A stretch of 32,000 nucleotides of DNA, taken from contig OW818675.1 of assembly GCA_942493095.1 (NCBI GenBank), forward strand, positions 930,001 through 962,000, written 5' to 3'. Shown piece after piece: positions 6,625 to 15,155 of this stretch. The notes beneath the pieces were generated by a model. It worked only from the letters and a program-made list of their open reading frames with translations, searched no databases and was not told the origin of the DNA. This DNA is from Candidatus Electronema halotolerans (lineage in GTDB: Bacteria; Desulfobacterota; Desulfobulbia; Desulfobulbales; Desulfobulbaceae). Both the position numbers and the translations under genes were made by a program. How positions within the stretch are numbered: position 1 is the stretch's first letter; the number at the start of each line of letters is the position of its first letter.

Positions 6625-7902
6625 CTACAGCAGCCCCTCCACCCGCTTCATGGCGCAGAAGTCGCCGCACATGGTGCAGACTCCCTTGTCCGCAGGCTGC
6701 GAGGACTCGCGGTAGGCCCGCGCCTTGTCCGGGTCAATGGCAAGGGCGAACTGGCCTTCCCAGTCCAAGCTGCGCCGCGCCTTGCTCATGGCATGATCAA
6801 GTTCGATGGCTCCGGGCAGTCCCTTGGCTATGTCGCCTGCATGGGCGGCAATCTTGGAGGCCATGATGCCCTCTTTCACGTCATCAGCAGAGGGCAGGCG
6901 CAGATGCTCTGCCGGGGTGACATAGCAGAGGAAGTCGGCCCCGTGCATGGCTGCCAGTGCCCCGCCAATGGCCGAGGTGATGTGATCGTAGCCAGGGGCA
7001 ATGTCTGTCACCAAGGGGCCGAGGACATAGAACGGCGCGTCATGACAGAGCTTCTTTTGCAGCTTCATGTTCATCTCCACCTCGTGCAGCGGCACATGAC
7101 CCGGCCCTTCAATCATCACCTGCACATTGTGCGCCCAAGCCCGCTTGGTCAGCTCGCCAAGGGTGATCAGCTCCTCAATCTGGGGCGCGTCGGTGGAATC
7201 CTTGACCGCGCCAGGCCGCAAACCGTCGCCAAGGCTGATGCAGACATCGTGCCGCTCGCAGATGGCCAGCAAACGGTCAAAGTGCTCATAAAAAGGATTC
7301 TCCTGCCCGGTCTTGGCCATCCACTCGAAGAGAATTGAGCCGCCCCGGCTGACAATGCCGCAGAGACGGGGATTGGCGCGCAGGCTTTGGGCGCACTTGC
7401 TGGTCAGGCCAGCGTGAATGGTGATGAAGTCAATACCGTTCTCCGCATGAATCTCCACGGTCTTGAACCAGTCCTCAATGGTGATCTCGGCAGTGGGCTT
7501 GCCAGTCCGGGTCAGGGTGTCGTAAATCGGCACTGTGCCGATCATTAGCGGCACTTCCGCCACCAGCCGCTTGCGGAAGCCCTCTGTATCGCCGGACACG
7601 CTCAAGTCCATGACCCCGTCCGCCTTGTGCTGCACAGCCAGCCGGGCCTTGTTCATCTCTGACTCAAAGGAGCAGACATCCTTGGACACGCCCAAATTGA
7701 CATTGATCTTGGTCTTCAGCCCTGCCCCGACTCCGGCGGCCTTGAGGCAGCGATGATGCTTGTTGGCCGGAATGGCGATCCGGCCCTGCGCCAGCCGCAT
7801 CATAAGGTCTTCTTTGCTGATCGGCTCGGTGCGCAGCACCTCCTCCATCTGCGGGGTAAGGATGCCCTTGCGGGCCGCGTCCATCTGGGTCGTATAAGTC
7901 AT
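6625..7902 (-). CDS. thiC: Phosphomethylpyrimidine synthase ThiC (short, ~425-aa form)
   Basis: Strongly ThiC-like throughout (MTYTTQMDAARKGILTPQMEEV..., DFITIHAG, VMIEGPGHVPL). It carries the C-terminal radical-SAM Cys motif CTMCGDFCAM. It overlaps the thiE stop by 4 nt. Confidence 0.93.
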   Translation of the reverse strand: MTYTTQMDAARKGILTPQMEEVLRTEPISKEDLMMRLAQGRIAIPANKHHRCLKAAGVGAGLKTKINVNLGVSKDVCSFESEMNKARLAVQHKADGVMDLSVSGDTEGFRKRLVAEVPLMIGTVPIYDTLTRTGKPTAEITIEDWFKTVEIHAENGIDFITIHAGLTSKCAQSLRANPRLCGIVSRGGSILFEWMAKTGQENPFYEHFDRLLAICERHDVCISLGDGLRPGAVKDSTDAPQIEELITLGELTKRAWAHNVQVMIEGPGHVPLHEVEMNMKLQKKLCHDAPFYVLGPLVTDIAPGYDHITSAIGGALAAMHGADFLCYVTPAEHLRLPSADDVKEGIMASKIAAHAGDIAKGLPGAIELDHAMSKARRSLDWEGQFALAIDPDKARAYRESSQPADKGVCTMCGDFCAMKRVEGLL

Positions 7903-8945
7903 TCCTTCTCTCCTGAAAAGTTGATAATCTTGTTGATTTCCAGCACTCGCTGGCCGATGTCTTCCGCGCCAATGATTTCTGTGACCAAGCAGACGGTCTT
8001 TGCCCCTTTGGCCAGCACTTGGGGCAGATTGTCCCGCTTGATGCCGCCAATGGCGACAAAGGGAATTGCTGCATTCCTGACTGCCCAGTCCAAATACGCC
8101 AGGCCGACCGGGGCGCAGACATCCTCCTTGGTCTGGGTGCTGAAGATCGGCCCAACCCCGATATAGTCCGCGCCATCTTCAACAGCCTGCTGCGCCTGCT
8201 CCGGGCTGTGGGTTGAGCAGCCAAGGAGCATGTCCGGGGCAATCTTGCGCAGCTCACGGATGGGCAGGTCGTCCTGGCCTTGGTGGATGCCGTCCGCGCC
8301 GACCATCAGGGCAATGTCGGCATAATCGTTGATGATGAAGGGAATGCCCGCATCCTGCGTGATTTGGCGGATGGCAGCGCATTCCTCATACATGGCGCGG
8401 ATGCTCTTGTCCTTCAGCTTTTCCCGGTACTGCATGACCGCAACTCCGCCCTCTGCCATCTGCCGGGCCACTTCCACGTTGCTGCGGCCAAGTGAGAACT
8501 TCTCGCCCAGTATCCCGTAGATGCCCGCAGGCAAGGTGCGGCGGAAGAGCGGCAGGAAGCGGGACTCCAGTTCATAGACGGCAAAACGGAGCTGCTCAAC
8601 CTGCTTGCCCGCCTGATACTCACCCTGCGCCTTGAGCACTTCCTCCAAGACACGGGCCGCCTCCTGCACCCGCTTGCAATTGGCTTGGACTGTGTCGCGC
8701 AGGCCGCTGCGCTGATCAGCAGAATCTTGATTGGAAGTAATCCTGCCAACATCTTCGCCAGCAGCACGGGCAGCGAGCAAAGCCATTTCCCGGCCCTTGA
8801 ACAGCTCGCGCAAGAAATGGCGCAGCTTGCGCAGTTCAGCGGAAAGCTGCTGGTTGTCGAAATGAAAGCGGGCAATGTCCTCCAGCACCCGCAGCCCTTC
8901 AGCGGCCCGGTTGCAGTTTGCATCAAGCAGTCGTGATTCGTTCAT
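7899..8945 (-). CDS. thiE: Thiamine-phosphate synthase ThiE with an N-terminal ~130-aa ThiD2-like extension
   Basis: The C-terminal ~210 aa are typical TMP-TENI/ThiE (GIYGILGEKF..., VMQYREK, IINDYADIALMVGADGIHQGQDDL, GVGPIFSTQTK). The N-terminal LDANCNRAAEGLRVLEDIARF motif is the extension seen on some ThiE proteins. Translationally coupled to thiC. Confidence 0.85.
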   Translation of the reverse strand: MNESRLLDANCNRAAEGLRVLEDIARFHFDNQQLSAELRKLRHFLRELFKGREMALLAARAAGEDVGRITSNQDSADQRSGLRDTVQANCKRVQEAARVLEEVLKAQGEYQAGKQVEQLRFAVYELESRFLPLFRRTLPAGIYGILGEKFSLGRSNVEVARQMAEGGVAVMQYREKLKDKSIRAMYEECAAIRQITQDAGIPFIINDYADIALMVGADGIHQGQDDLPIRELRKIAPDMLLGCSTHSPEQAQQAVEDGADYIGVGPIFSTQTKEDVCAPVGLAYLDWAVRNAAIPFVAIGGIKRDNLPQVLAKGAKTVCLVTEIIGAEDIGQRVLEINKIINFSGEKE

Positions 8946-9012
8946 GATCTTTTTCTGTCAGTTAAATATGTTGAGCTGTTGCGGCACTGCTGTCTGTACG
9001 AATTTATCCGTA

Positions 9013-9828
9013 TTATTGACTTATTGTCCGAAGTAGCTGATATTTCTTTTGCAACTTTTCTTCATCCGTCAATCTGTCATCGTGTCCATACAATGCAGAT
9101 TTCCAGCTGCCATGCACAGGATTGCTGATCAAAATCCATTTCCTGCCCCAATACTGCCGGTGCTTTTTCGCTGCATCTCTTCGCTCTGCCGGACTGCTCT
9201 TTCCCAAGAAAGTAAAATCATTATAGTCATCACCAATCAGCAGCAGAATACGAAACTTTTTTGCAATAAATGCCCTTCGTGAAATTTTATCCGAACCCCA
9301 TTCAGGACGTTCTTTCTGACAAAGCACCTGATCGGGCATAACTTCAGGATCAATTACTTTCCTGATATTTCCTACCGTCTCGTCTTTCAACGTCCGATTG
9401 GTCACATAGAAAATAGTAACGCCTTTTTCTTTTGCGAAGCGGATAAAGGAAACAGCACCCGGCAGGGGAGCAGCTACAGACTCCTTGAGCCACTCCGTCC
9501 ACAGTTGCGGATCATACTCTTTTCCAGCCAAGAGAAATCGTGCCGCCAAGGGAGAATTATCCAGCACAGTTTCATCAACATCAACAATAACGGCAGGCGG
9601 TAAGCGGTAAAAATCCCCCTGCTGCTCCAAAGCCGCTGTCCAAGAAGGATCATTCAGGGCTTTTTCCAAGTTTAACGTGGCGAGATAAAATGCCTGCTCT
9701 GCCGCCATATTCCATTCCGCTGATGCCTGTGCCCACAATACGCCGAGGAACATTTCCGGTGGATTTTCCGATTTGGCGGACGTGTAGAATACGATGCAGC
9801 ATAAGCAGATAATGAACTTTTTTATCAT
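9013..9828 (-). CDS. Secreted class B acid phosphatase / lipoprotein e(P4)-type 5'-nucleotidase (HAD subfamily IIIB)
   Basis: Has an N-terminal signal-like segment (MIKKFIICLCCIVFYTSA) and the HAD motif I VIVDVDETVLDNSP. A later GDDYNDF-type acidic motif follows, with length and layout typical of e(P4). Visibly AT-richer than its neighbours. Confidence 0.75.
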   Translation of the reverse strand: MIKKFIICLCCIVFYTSAKSENPPEMFLGVLWAQASAEWNMAAEQAFYLATLNLEKALNDPSWTAALEQQGDFYRLPPAVIVDVDETVLDNSPLAARFLLAGKEYDPQLWTEWLKESVAAPLPGAVSFIRFAKEKGVTIFYVTNRTLKDETVGNIRKVIDPEVMPDQVLCQKERPEWGSDKISRRAFIAKKFRILLLIGDDYNDFTFLGKSSPAERRDAAKKHRQYWGRKWILISNPVHGSWKSALYGHDDRLTDEEKLQKKYQLLRTISQ

Positions 9829-9830
9829 AT

Positions 9831-10322
9831 TTATCTCTTTATAAAAATGTTCAGTCTATATGCAAGATCAGGAAACTGCTGCTGCACCAGCTCCTCTGTA
9901 GCAATTTCATTGTCCTCATATTCAAAACCCGGAGCAACGGCCTCGCTGATCAAGGCATAATCATCTTTGCCACCGCAAATCTGCGAAGCCTTCCACCAGC
10001 CGCCCGGCACCAGCAGTTGCAGTGTCTCGCCATTTCTGATTTCCGAGCCAAGGATTCGCTCTGACAGGATTCCGTCCGGCGAAACAATGGTGTATCTGAC
10101 CGGAGCGCCGAGATGATGATAATGAAGAATATCAGACTTGTTTCTATGCAGAAAGCCGCCCGGACTTTCCTTGGTCAGCAGGTAATAAATGGAAGTCAGG
10201 AGCAGTCTCCTGCCATAGTCACAGTCAAGATGCAGGCTGGACTCATAAGTCCTGCGGAAAAAGCCGCCTTCGGTCGGGTGCGGCTCAAGCCGGAGCAGCG
10301 TGATCAGTTCTTCTTTGGTCAT
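9831..10322 (-). CDS. Cupin-fold protein, DUF985 family
   Basis: LEPHPTEGGFFRRTYES near the N-terminus, at ~160 aa, matches the DUF985 (cupin_5) pattern. The stop is 2 nt before the phosphatase start. Confidence 0.7.
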   Translation of the reverse strand: MTKEELITLLRLEPHPTEGGFFRRTYESSLHLDCDYGRRLLLTSIYYLLTKESPGGFLHRNKSDILHYHHLGAPVRYTIVSPDGILSERILGSEIRNGETLQLLVPGGWWKASQICGGKDDYALISEAVAPGFEYEDNEIATEELVQQQFPDLAYRLNIFIKR

Positions 10323-10385
10323 TTGCTTGTTTTCACAGGCAGATTCATGCGGCGCGGCAGACCGCGCAATTCGGGCGCGCCATCA

Positions 10386-10413
10386 ATTTCAGTCATAACG
10401 CGGCAGATGTCAA
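10386..10413 (-). promoter_or_regulatory. Weak candidate sigma70 promoter upstream of the cupin-phosphatase-thiE-thiC gene string
   Basis: The minus strand reads TTGACA (10413..10408), a 16-nt spacer, then TGAAAT (10391..10386). Motif match only. Confidence 0.25.
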
Positions 10414-10441
10414 TGCTTTTCCGCCTGCTGCTGTTGCATCA

Positions 10442-10470
10442 GCCCAAGGCCGCACCTTGGGCTTTTGAGG
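10442..10470 (+). terminator. Intrinsic-terminator-like hairpin whose U-tract is on the plus strand, inside an all-minus-strand gene block
   Basis: gcccaagg (10442-10449), loop ccgca, ccttgggc (10455-10462), then ttttgaggttt. On the minus strand the same hairpin follows the gmhA stop but lacks a U-tract. Confidence 0.35.
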
Positions 10471-10493
10471 TTTCATCGGCTGCGGACTGCGCT

Positions 10494-11129
10494 TCAAGCC
10501 CTGTGAACTTGCCCGTTCCCGCCAAAGAGCATGGTTTCCACCAGCTCGCAGAGCAGATGCTCGATCCAGAGGTGCGCCTCCTGAATGCGGGGTGTTGACT
10601 TGGACGGCACATTGAGAAGCAGGTCGCAGTGCTGGGCCACACCCTGCGGCGGAATGCTCAGGCCGCCGCTCAAAGCGGCAGTGGTCAGTCCCATTTCCTT
10701 GGCAGTGGCCAAGGCTTCGACCACATTGGTCGAGGTGCCGGAAGTGCTGATGCCAAGAGCCATATCGCCGGTCTTGCCCAAGGCCTGCACCTGCTTGACA
10801 AAAATCAGATCATACGAAAAGTCGTTGCTCACAGCGGTGATGATCGAGGTGTCCGTGGTCAGGGCGATTGCAGGCAGCGGGGCGCGGTTGATCAGGAAGC
10901 GGTTGACGAATTCCGCCGCGATATGCTGGGCATCCGCCGCGCTGCCACCGTTGCCGAAAATGAGCAGCTTGCCGCCTCTGCGAAAGGTTTCGGCGATCAG
11001 TTCGGCCAGCTCAATGAGCTTGTCGGCAGACTGGGCGGCAAAGGCATCTTTGGCCTCCTTGCTGGCAGCAAGGCTGGCCTGAATTACGGCTGAAGCGTCC
11101 ATTGCATTCATCTGTGAGTAGTTGTTCAA
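10494..11129 (-). CDS. gmhA: SIS-domain D-sedoheptulose-7-phosphate isomerase (GmhA/DiaA family)
   Basis: KLLIFGNGGSAADAQHIAAEF, GISTSGTSTNV and a ~200-aa length are typical of GmhA. The exact start among several N-terminal Met codons is uncertain. Confidence 0.85.
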   Translation of the reverse strand: MNNYSQMNAMDASAVIQASLAASKEAKDAFAAQSADKLIELAELIAETFRRGGKLLIFGNGGSAADAQHIAAEFVNRFLINRAPLPAIALTTDTSIITAVSNDFSYDLIFVKQVQALGKTGDMALGISTSGTSTNVVEALATAKEMGLTTAALSGGLSIPPQGVAQHCDLLLNVPSKSTPRIQEAHLWIEHLLCELVETMLFGGNGQVHRA

Positions 11130-11156
11130 AAATCAACACGCATCCCAAGGACAGGC

Positions 11157-12284
11157 CTATTGCGCTTGCACAAACTTGCCGTCCTTGACTTCATACATGG
11201 TGTAGCCCACGCCAGTGGCATCGCCGTGCTGGTCAAATCTGATTTCGCCAAAGGGCGTGACCGCAATCTGGTTGTGCAGAATATCCGCCACCTTGTCCGC
11301 ATCAGTTGAGCCAGCCTTTTCCACGGCATTGGTCACGGCTATGGCTGCCGCGACCGCATTGTCAAAAAACGGCCCCGGCTCGCCGCCATACTTGCTTGTG
11401 TAAGCTTGGCGGTACTGCTTGGTCACTGGATTGCTGGACACATCCGCTGGCCCGGTCGCATACACGCCTTCCGCGTATTTGCCCGCAATCTTGATGAAAG
11501 TGTCATCTTTAACGCCATCATCTGAAATAAAAAGCGTCTTCATTCCCTTCCGGCGCATCTGGGTGATGACCTTGGAAGCCTCCGGGTGATAGCCGCCGAA
11601 AATCACTGCGTCGGCACGGGTGCGCTTGATTTTCTGCACCACTGCTGAATAATCCACCGCCCCAGGCGTGATGCCCTCGAACAGCACCACCTGCGCCAGC
11701 GCGCCTTGGCGGATGATCTCCCGCGCATCTTCAGCCAAGCCTTTGCCATAGTCGCCCTTGTCATGGATGATGGCAATTTTTTTCATCGGCTCATCTTTTA
11801 ACAAATCAACGGCAAAATCGACAATGGTTTTGGCCTGGGCATTGTTCGGGGCAATGGTGCGGTAAAAGTTGGGATACTTGCCGCTCTCGGTCAGATCGCT
11901 GTCTGTGGCGGACGGCGACATGACAATCACGTCCGCATCCGTGTACACCGGCAGGGCCGCCTTGGTCGCGCTGGAGCAGATATGGCCGATGACCAGCTTC
12001 ACCCCTGCGGAAACTAATTTGGCCGCTGTGTTGGCCGCCACTTCCGGCTTGCAGACATCATCCTCAATCTGCAGCTCCACCTTGGCCCCGTTGATGCCGC
12101 CATTGGCATTGAGATGCTCGGCCACCAGCTCCGCCGCCCGCGCTGTCGGCTGGCCGTAGGAAGCCAAGTCGCCGCTCAACGCTCCTGCCACCCCGATCTT
12201 GACCGGAGCAGGGTCAGCAGCCCAGACATTGGCGGCCAAGACGGCGGCGGCAGCAAAGAAAATCAGTTGCGCATACATCTTCAT
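11157..12284 (-). CDS. Periplasmic branched-chain amino acid-type (LivJ/LivK family) ABC substrate-binding protein, with no adjacent transporter genes
   Basis: Signal peptide MKMYAQLIFFAAAAVLAANVWA, then KIGVAGALSGDLASYGQ and type I periplasmic binding protein features. I chose ATG 12284 (7 nt after AGGAGG) over the track start 12311. Confidence 0.85.
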   Translation of the reverse strand: MKMYAQLIFFAAAAVLAANVWAADPAPVKIGVAGALSGDLASYGQPTARAAELVAEHLNANGGINGAKVELQIEDDVCKPEVAANTAAKLVSAGVKLVIGHICSSATKAALPVYTDADVIVMSPSATDSDLTESGKYPNFYRTIAPNNAQAKTIVDFAVDLLKDEPMKKIAIIHDKGDYGKGLAEDAREIIRQGALAQVVLFEGITPGAVDYSAVVQKIKRTRADAVIFGGYHPEASKVITQMRRKGMKTLFISDDGVKDDTFIKIAGKYAEGVYATGPADVSSNPVTKQYRQAYTSKYGGEPGPFFDNAVAAAIAVTNAVEKAGSTDADKVADILHNQIAVTPFGEIRFDQHGDATGVGYTMYEVKDGKFVQAQ

Positions 12285-12412
12285 CAGCATACCTCCTTGC
12301 AAAGGATTCATCGTTCTGCCTGCGTTGCAAAGCAGGCTTCAATCTGCTATCTTTTCACACTGCCGGAAAAAAAGCATCAAAAAACTGACAAAGACAGGCT
12401 CTGAGCCAGAAC

Positions 12413-13489
12413 ATGAACCGAAATTTTTATTATCAGATGGGCAGGCCGCTGTCGCCCCTCTACAGCCTGACCATGCGGCTGCGGGAGCAGTTTTATCTCA
12501 ACGGGGTGCTGTCCTCGCACGTGCTTGATGTGCCGGTGATCAGCATCGGCAACCTGCTGCTGGGCGGCACTGGCAAGACCCCGCTGGTTCAGCATTTCGC
12601 CCGGCTGCTGCAAGACAACGGCTTCCGGCCCGCTGTGATCAGCCGGGGCTATGGCGGCGCGACCAAAGCCCGGATCAACGTGGTTTCCGACGGCGGCAAG
12701 GTGCTCTTAGATGCGGCGTATGTCGGCGACGAGCCGCGCCTGCTGGCTGAAACTCTGCCCGGCGTGCCAGTCCTGACCGGAGTGGTGCGGCGGCTGCCTG
12801 CGGCCAAGGCTGTGGAAATGGGGGCCAATGTTTTGCTCTTGGATGACGGCTTCCAGCATCTGGCCGTGCGCCGCGACCTTGACTTGGTGCTCTTCAGCGC
12901 GGACAAGCTGGCAGGCAATTCGCGGGTCTTTCCCGGCGGCGACCTGCGCGAGCCAGTGCGCGCCTTGTATCGCAGCCATGCCTTTGTCCTTACTGGCGCG
13001 GATGAAGCCAATATTGAGCAGGCGGCCCGCTTCCGCAGCCTGCTGCAAGAAAAATTTCCAGACAGGCCGGTCTTTTTCAGCGGCAGCCAAGCGGTCAGAT
13101 TAGTGCGGCAGGAGGCGGACGGGGGCAGAGTCACGGTCAGGGAGGAGGAGCTGACAGGCCGCCGTTGCTTTGCCTTCTGCGGCATTGCCCGGCCTGAAGG
13201 CTTTCAAAAAACCCTCAGCCAGCTTGCCATAACACCTCTCGTCTTTCATGCCCTGCCAGATCATCATGCCTACACCGAACGGGCCGCCCGCCAGCTCCTG
13301 CGGACAGCCGAACAGACCGGAGCAGACTGTCTGCTTTGCACGGAAAAAGATTTGGTCAAACTGCGCGGTCTTTCAGTCAAGCTGCCGCTCTACGGCGTGA
13401 TCATGCAGGCCGCGCCAGAGTCAGGCTTGGACAGATTAGTCCTCAGCTGCGCGGCAGGCAAAAAGCAGCGGCTGACTGCGGCGCGTTGA
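12413..13489 (+). CDS. lpxK: Tetraacyldisaccharide 4'-kinase LpxK
   Basis: P-loop SIGNLLLGGTGKTPLV, ISRGYGG and LLDDGFQH are LpxK signatures. Length 358 aa. Confidence 0.92.
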   Translation: MNRNFYYQMGRPLSPLYSLTMRLREQFYLNGVLSSHVLDVPVISIGNLLLGGTGKTPLVQHFARLLQDNGFRPAVISRGYGGATKARINVVSDGGKVLLDAAYVGDEPRLLAETLPGVPVLTGVVRRLPAAKAVEMGANVLLLDDGFQHLAVRRDLDLVLFSADKLAGNSRVFPGGDLREPVRALYRSHAFVLTGADEANIEQAARFRSLLQEKFPDRPVFFSGSQAVRLVRQEADGGRVTVREEELTGRRCFAFCGIARPEGFQKTLSQLAITPLVFHALPDHHAYTERAARQLLRTAEQTGADCLLCTEKDLVKLRGLSVKLPLYGVIMQAAPESGLDRLVLSCAAGKKQRLTAAR

Positions 13490-13769
13490 TGTGTCAAAAA
13501 CAACACACTTGCCCAAACAGAGCCTGTCTGTGTGCTTTTTGCCACAGCCGCCTGCTGGACAGCCCTGCTGCCCCCTCCTGCCGCTCTTTTTTTTATCAAC
13601 CTGAGTTTGCGCGAAAAGTTTTATTTTTTACTCCTGCTGGTCCAAAAAATAAAATTTTTGGTCGGCCTTTTGCATGAGAACGTGATACAAAGGAAGGAGC
13701 AGCGAGCAATAAAACACCATCAATCAGAGCGCAGGCACTGCCGGAGGAACCGGCAAGAGGTGAAAGAAC

Positions 13770-14753
13770 ATGGCGATCAACCTTGACCCGCATCAGCACA
13801 CATTGGAGCATTCAGTTAGCTGTAGCGGCATTGGATTGCATTCTGGCAGAACCATCAATTTGACCATCAAACCAGCAGAGGAAAACAGCGGCATCAGCTT
13901 CCGTCGCGCTGATCTGCATAAAAAAGCAAGCATTCCGGCAAGAATGGAGCATATCAGCGACACCACTCTTGCCACCACCCTTGGCAGCGGCGCAGAGCGG
14001 ATTTCCACCACCGAGCATCTGCTCGCCGCCCTGCACGGCGCAGGCATTGACAACGCCGACATTGAGCTGGACGGCCATGAAGTTCCGATCATGGACGGCA
14101 GCGCAGGCCCCTTTGTTCAGCTCTTGGACAAGGCAGGCCGCAAACGGCAGCGCAGCCTGCGCAAAGTCATCCGCTTCACCAAGCCGGTCTCCTGCATCTC
14201 CGGCGACAAATTCATCCGCATTGAGCCGTACGAAGGTTTCAAAATTACCGGCAGCATCAGCTTCGGCACTGACCTGATCAAGGATCAGAGCTATTCCATA
14301 GAACTCGATTCAGAACGTTTTGCCAAGGAAATCGCGCAGGCCCGCACTTTCGGCTTTGTTGAGCAGGTTGAGGAGCTGTGGCGGAACGGGCTGGCCTTGG
14401 GCGGCAGCCTGCAAAATGTGATCGCCATTCATTGGGACCGCCGCCGCATCCTCAATGAAGGCGGCCTCCGCTTTGAGGACGAGTTTGTCCGGCATAAAAT
14501 TTTAGATTTAATTGGAGATTTGGCCCTGCTCGGCAGTCCGGTGCTCGGCCACGTCATTGCCAGCCGTTCCGGTCATGCCCTTCATCACAGCCTGATGCAG
14601 GCTGTGGCCGCCTCCCCGGACAGCTGGGAATATGTTGAATTTCGCAAGCCGGGTCAGCCCCATGTTACCGCCCCGGCCAGACCCCGGAGGAAAAGATATC
14701 CTGTCTCTCTTCCGGGCCTGCTGTTCCCTGCTTCTGCGCCCTGTCCGGCCTGA
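13770..14753 (+). CDS. lpxC: UDP-3-O-acyl-N-acetylglucosamine deacetylase LpxC
   Basis: TLEHSVSCSGIGLHSGR, TTEHLLAAL, EVPIMDGSA, HKILDLIGDL and SGHALH are classic LpxC motifs. There is a ~25-aa Pro/Arg-rich C-terminal tail. Confidence 0.93.
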   Translation: MAINLDPHQHTLEHSVSCSGIGLHSGRTINLTIKPAEENSGISFRRADLHKKASIPARMEHISDTTLATTLGSGAERISTTEHLLAALHGAGIDNADIELDGHEVPIMDGSAGPFVQLLDKAGRKRQRSLRKVIRFTKPVSCISGDKFIRIEPYEGFKITGSISFGTDLIKDQSYSIELDSERFAKEIAQARTFGFVEQVEELWRNGLALGGSLQNVIAIHWDRRRILNEGGLRFEDEFVRHKILDLIGDLALLGSPVLGHVIASRSGHALHHSLMQAVAASPDSWEYVEFRKPGQPHVTAPARPRRKRYPVSLPGLLFPASAPCPA

Positions 14754-14803
14754 GCAGCTTTTTTCGTTGCTTGTTGTTGTTCCTCTTTTTGTTCCGTGCC
14801 CTG

Positions 14804-14836
14804 CCCGCTGGCCGCCAAGCCAGCGGGCTTTTTTTG
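14804..14836 (+). terminator. Rho-independent terminator after lpxC
   Basis: cccgctggc (14804-14812), loop cgccaa, gccagcggg (14819-14827), followed by cttttttt. A second weaker hairpin with a T7 run follows at about 14838-14870. Confidence 0.8.
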
Positions 14837-15155
14837 TCAGGCTTCAGTCCAGATGAGAGCCTGTTTTTTTAGACATTTTATCAATTTCACAAATAAATAA
14901 CACTCAACAGGGTGACGACCGGAATTTGCTCAGGCTCTGACAGAAGGGCATGCAAGAATACAGAACGGTTCTGCGCAATGGCATGGGCATGCCTTTGCGG
15001 AAGTTTTCGGTGAACATTGTCGGCCCGCATGATGCTGCCTCTGGAAAAAACAAAAAGCACAGTAAGTTGAATTTCACAGGCTCACCGAATCAGGCAGGGA
15101 CAAGCCGCGCATCATCCCTGCCATTCTGACAGGATGCAAGAGTATTTCGTCCTGC

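Noticed and set aside
6592-7338. Plus-strand 248-aa ORF inside thiC, and similar shadows in pepA (16198..16995, 17017..17793), fbp (15270..15821), the beta-helix/TPR genes (25001..25576, 25477..26238), the TPR/PhnD-like genes (22980..23909) and the kinase-fold gene (29421..30125)
   Set aside because: All are antisense to confidently identified genes and lack any recognisable motif. They are typical GC-rich shadow ORFs.
8946-10493. TPP riboswitch upstream of thiE-thiC or of the cupin-phosphatase-thi gene string
   Set aside because: By eye there is no CUGAGA or ACCUGAUCUGG-type conserved core on the minus strand in either intergenic region. An Infernal scan is needed to be certain.
14810-14824. 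Similarity of the lpxC terminator (gccgccaagccagc) to the start of the 40-nt repeat (gccgcccaagccagc/t at 5211 and 6467)
   Set aside because: Only ~14 nt match, with an indel. In the terminator these bases form the loop and stem of an ordinary hairpin. This is most likely coincidence in GC-rich DNA.
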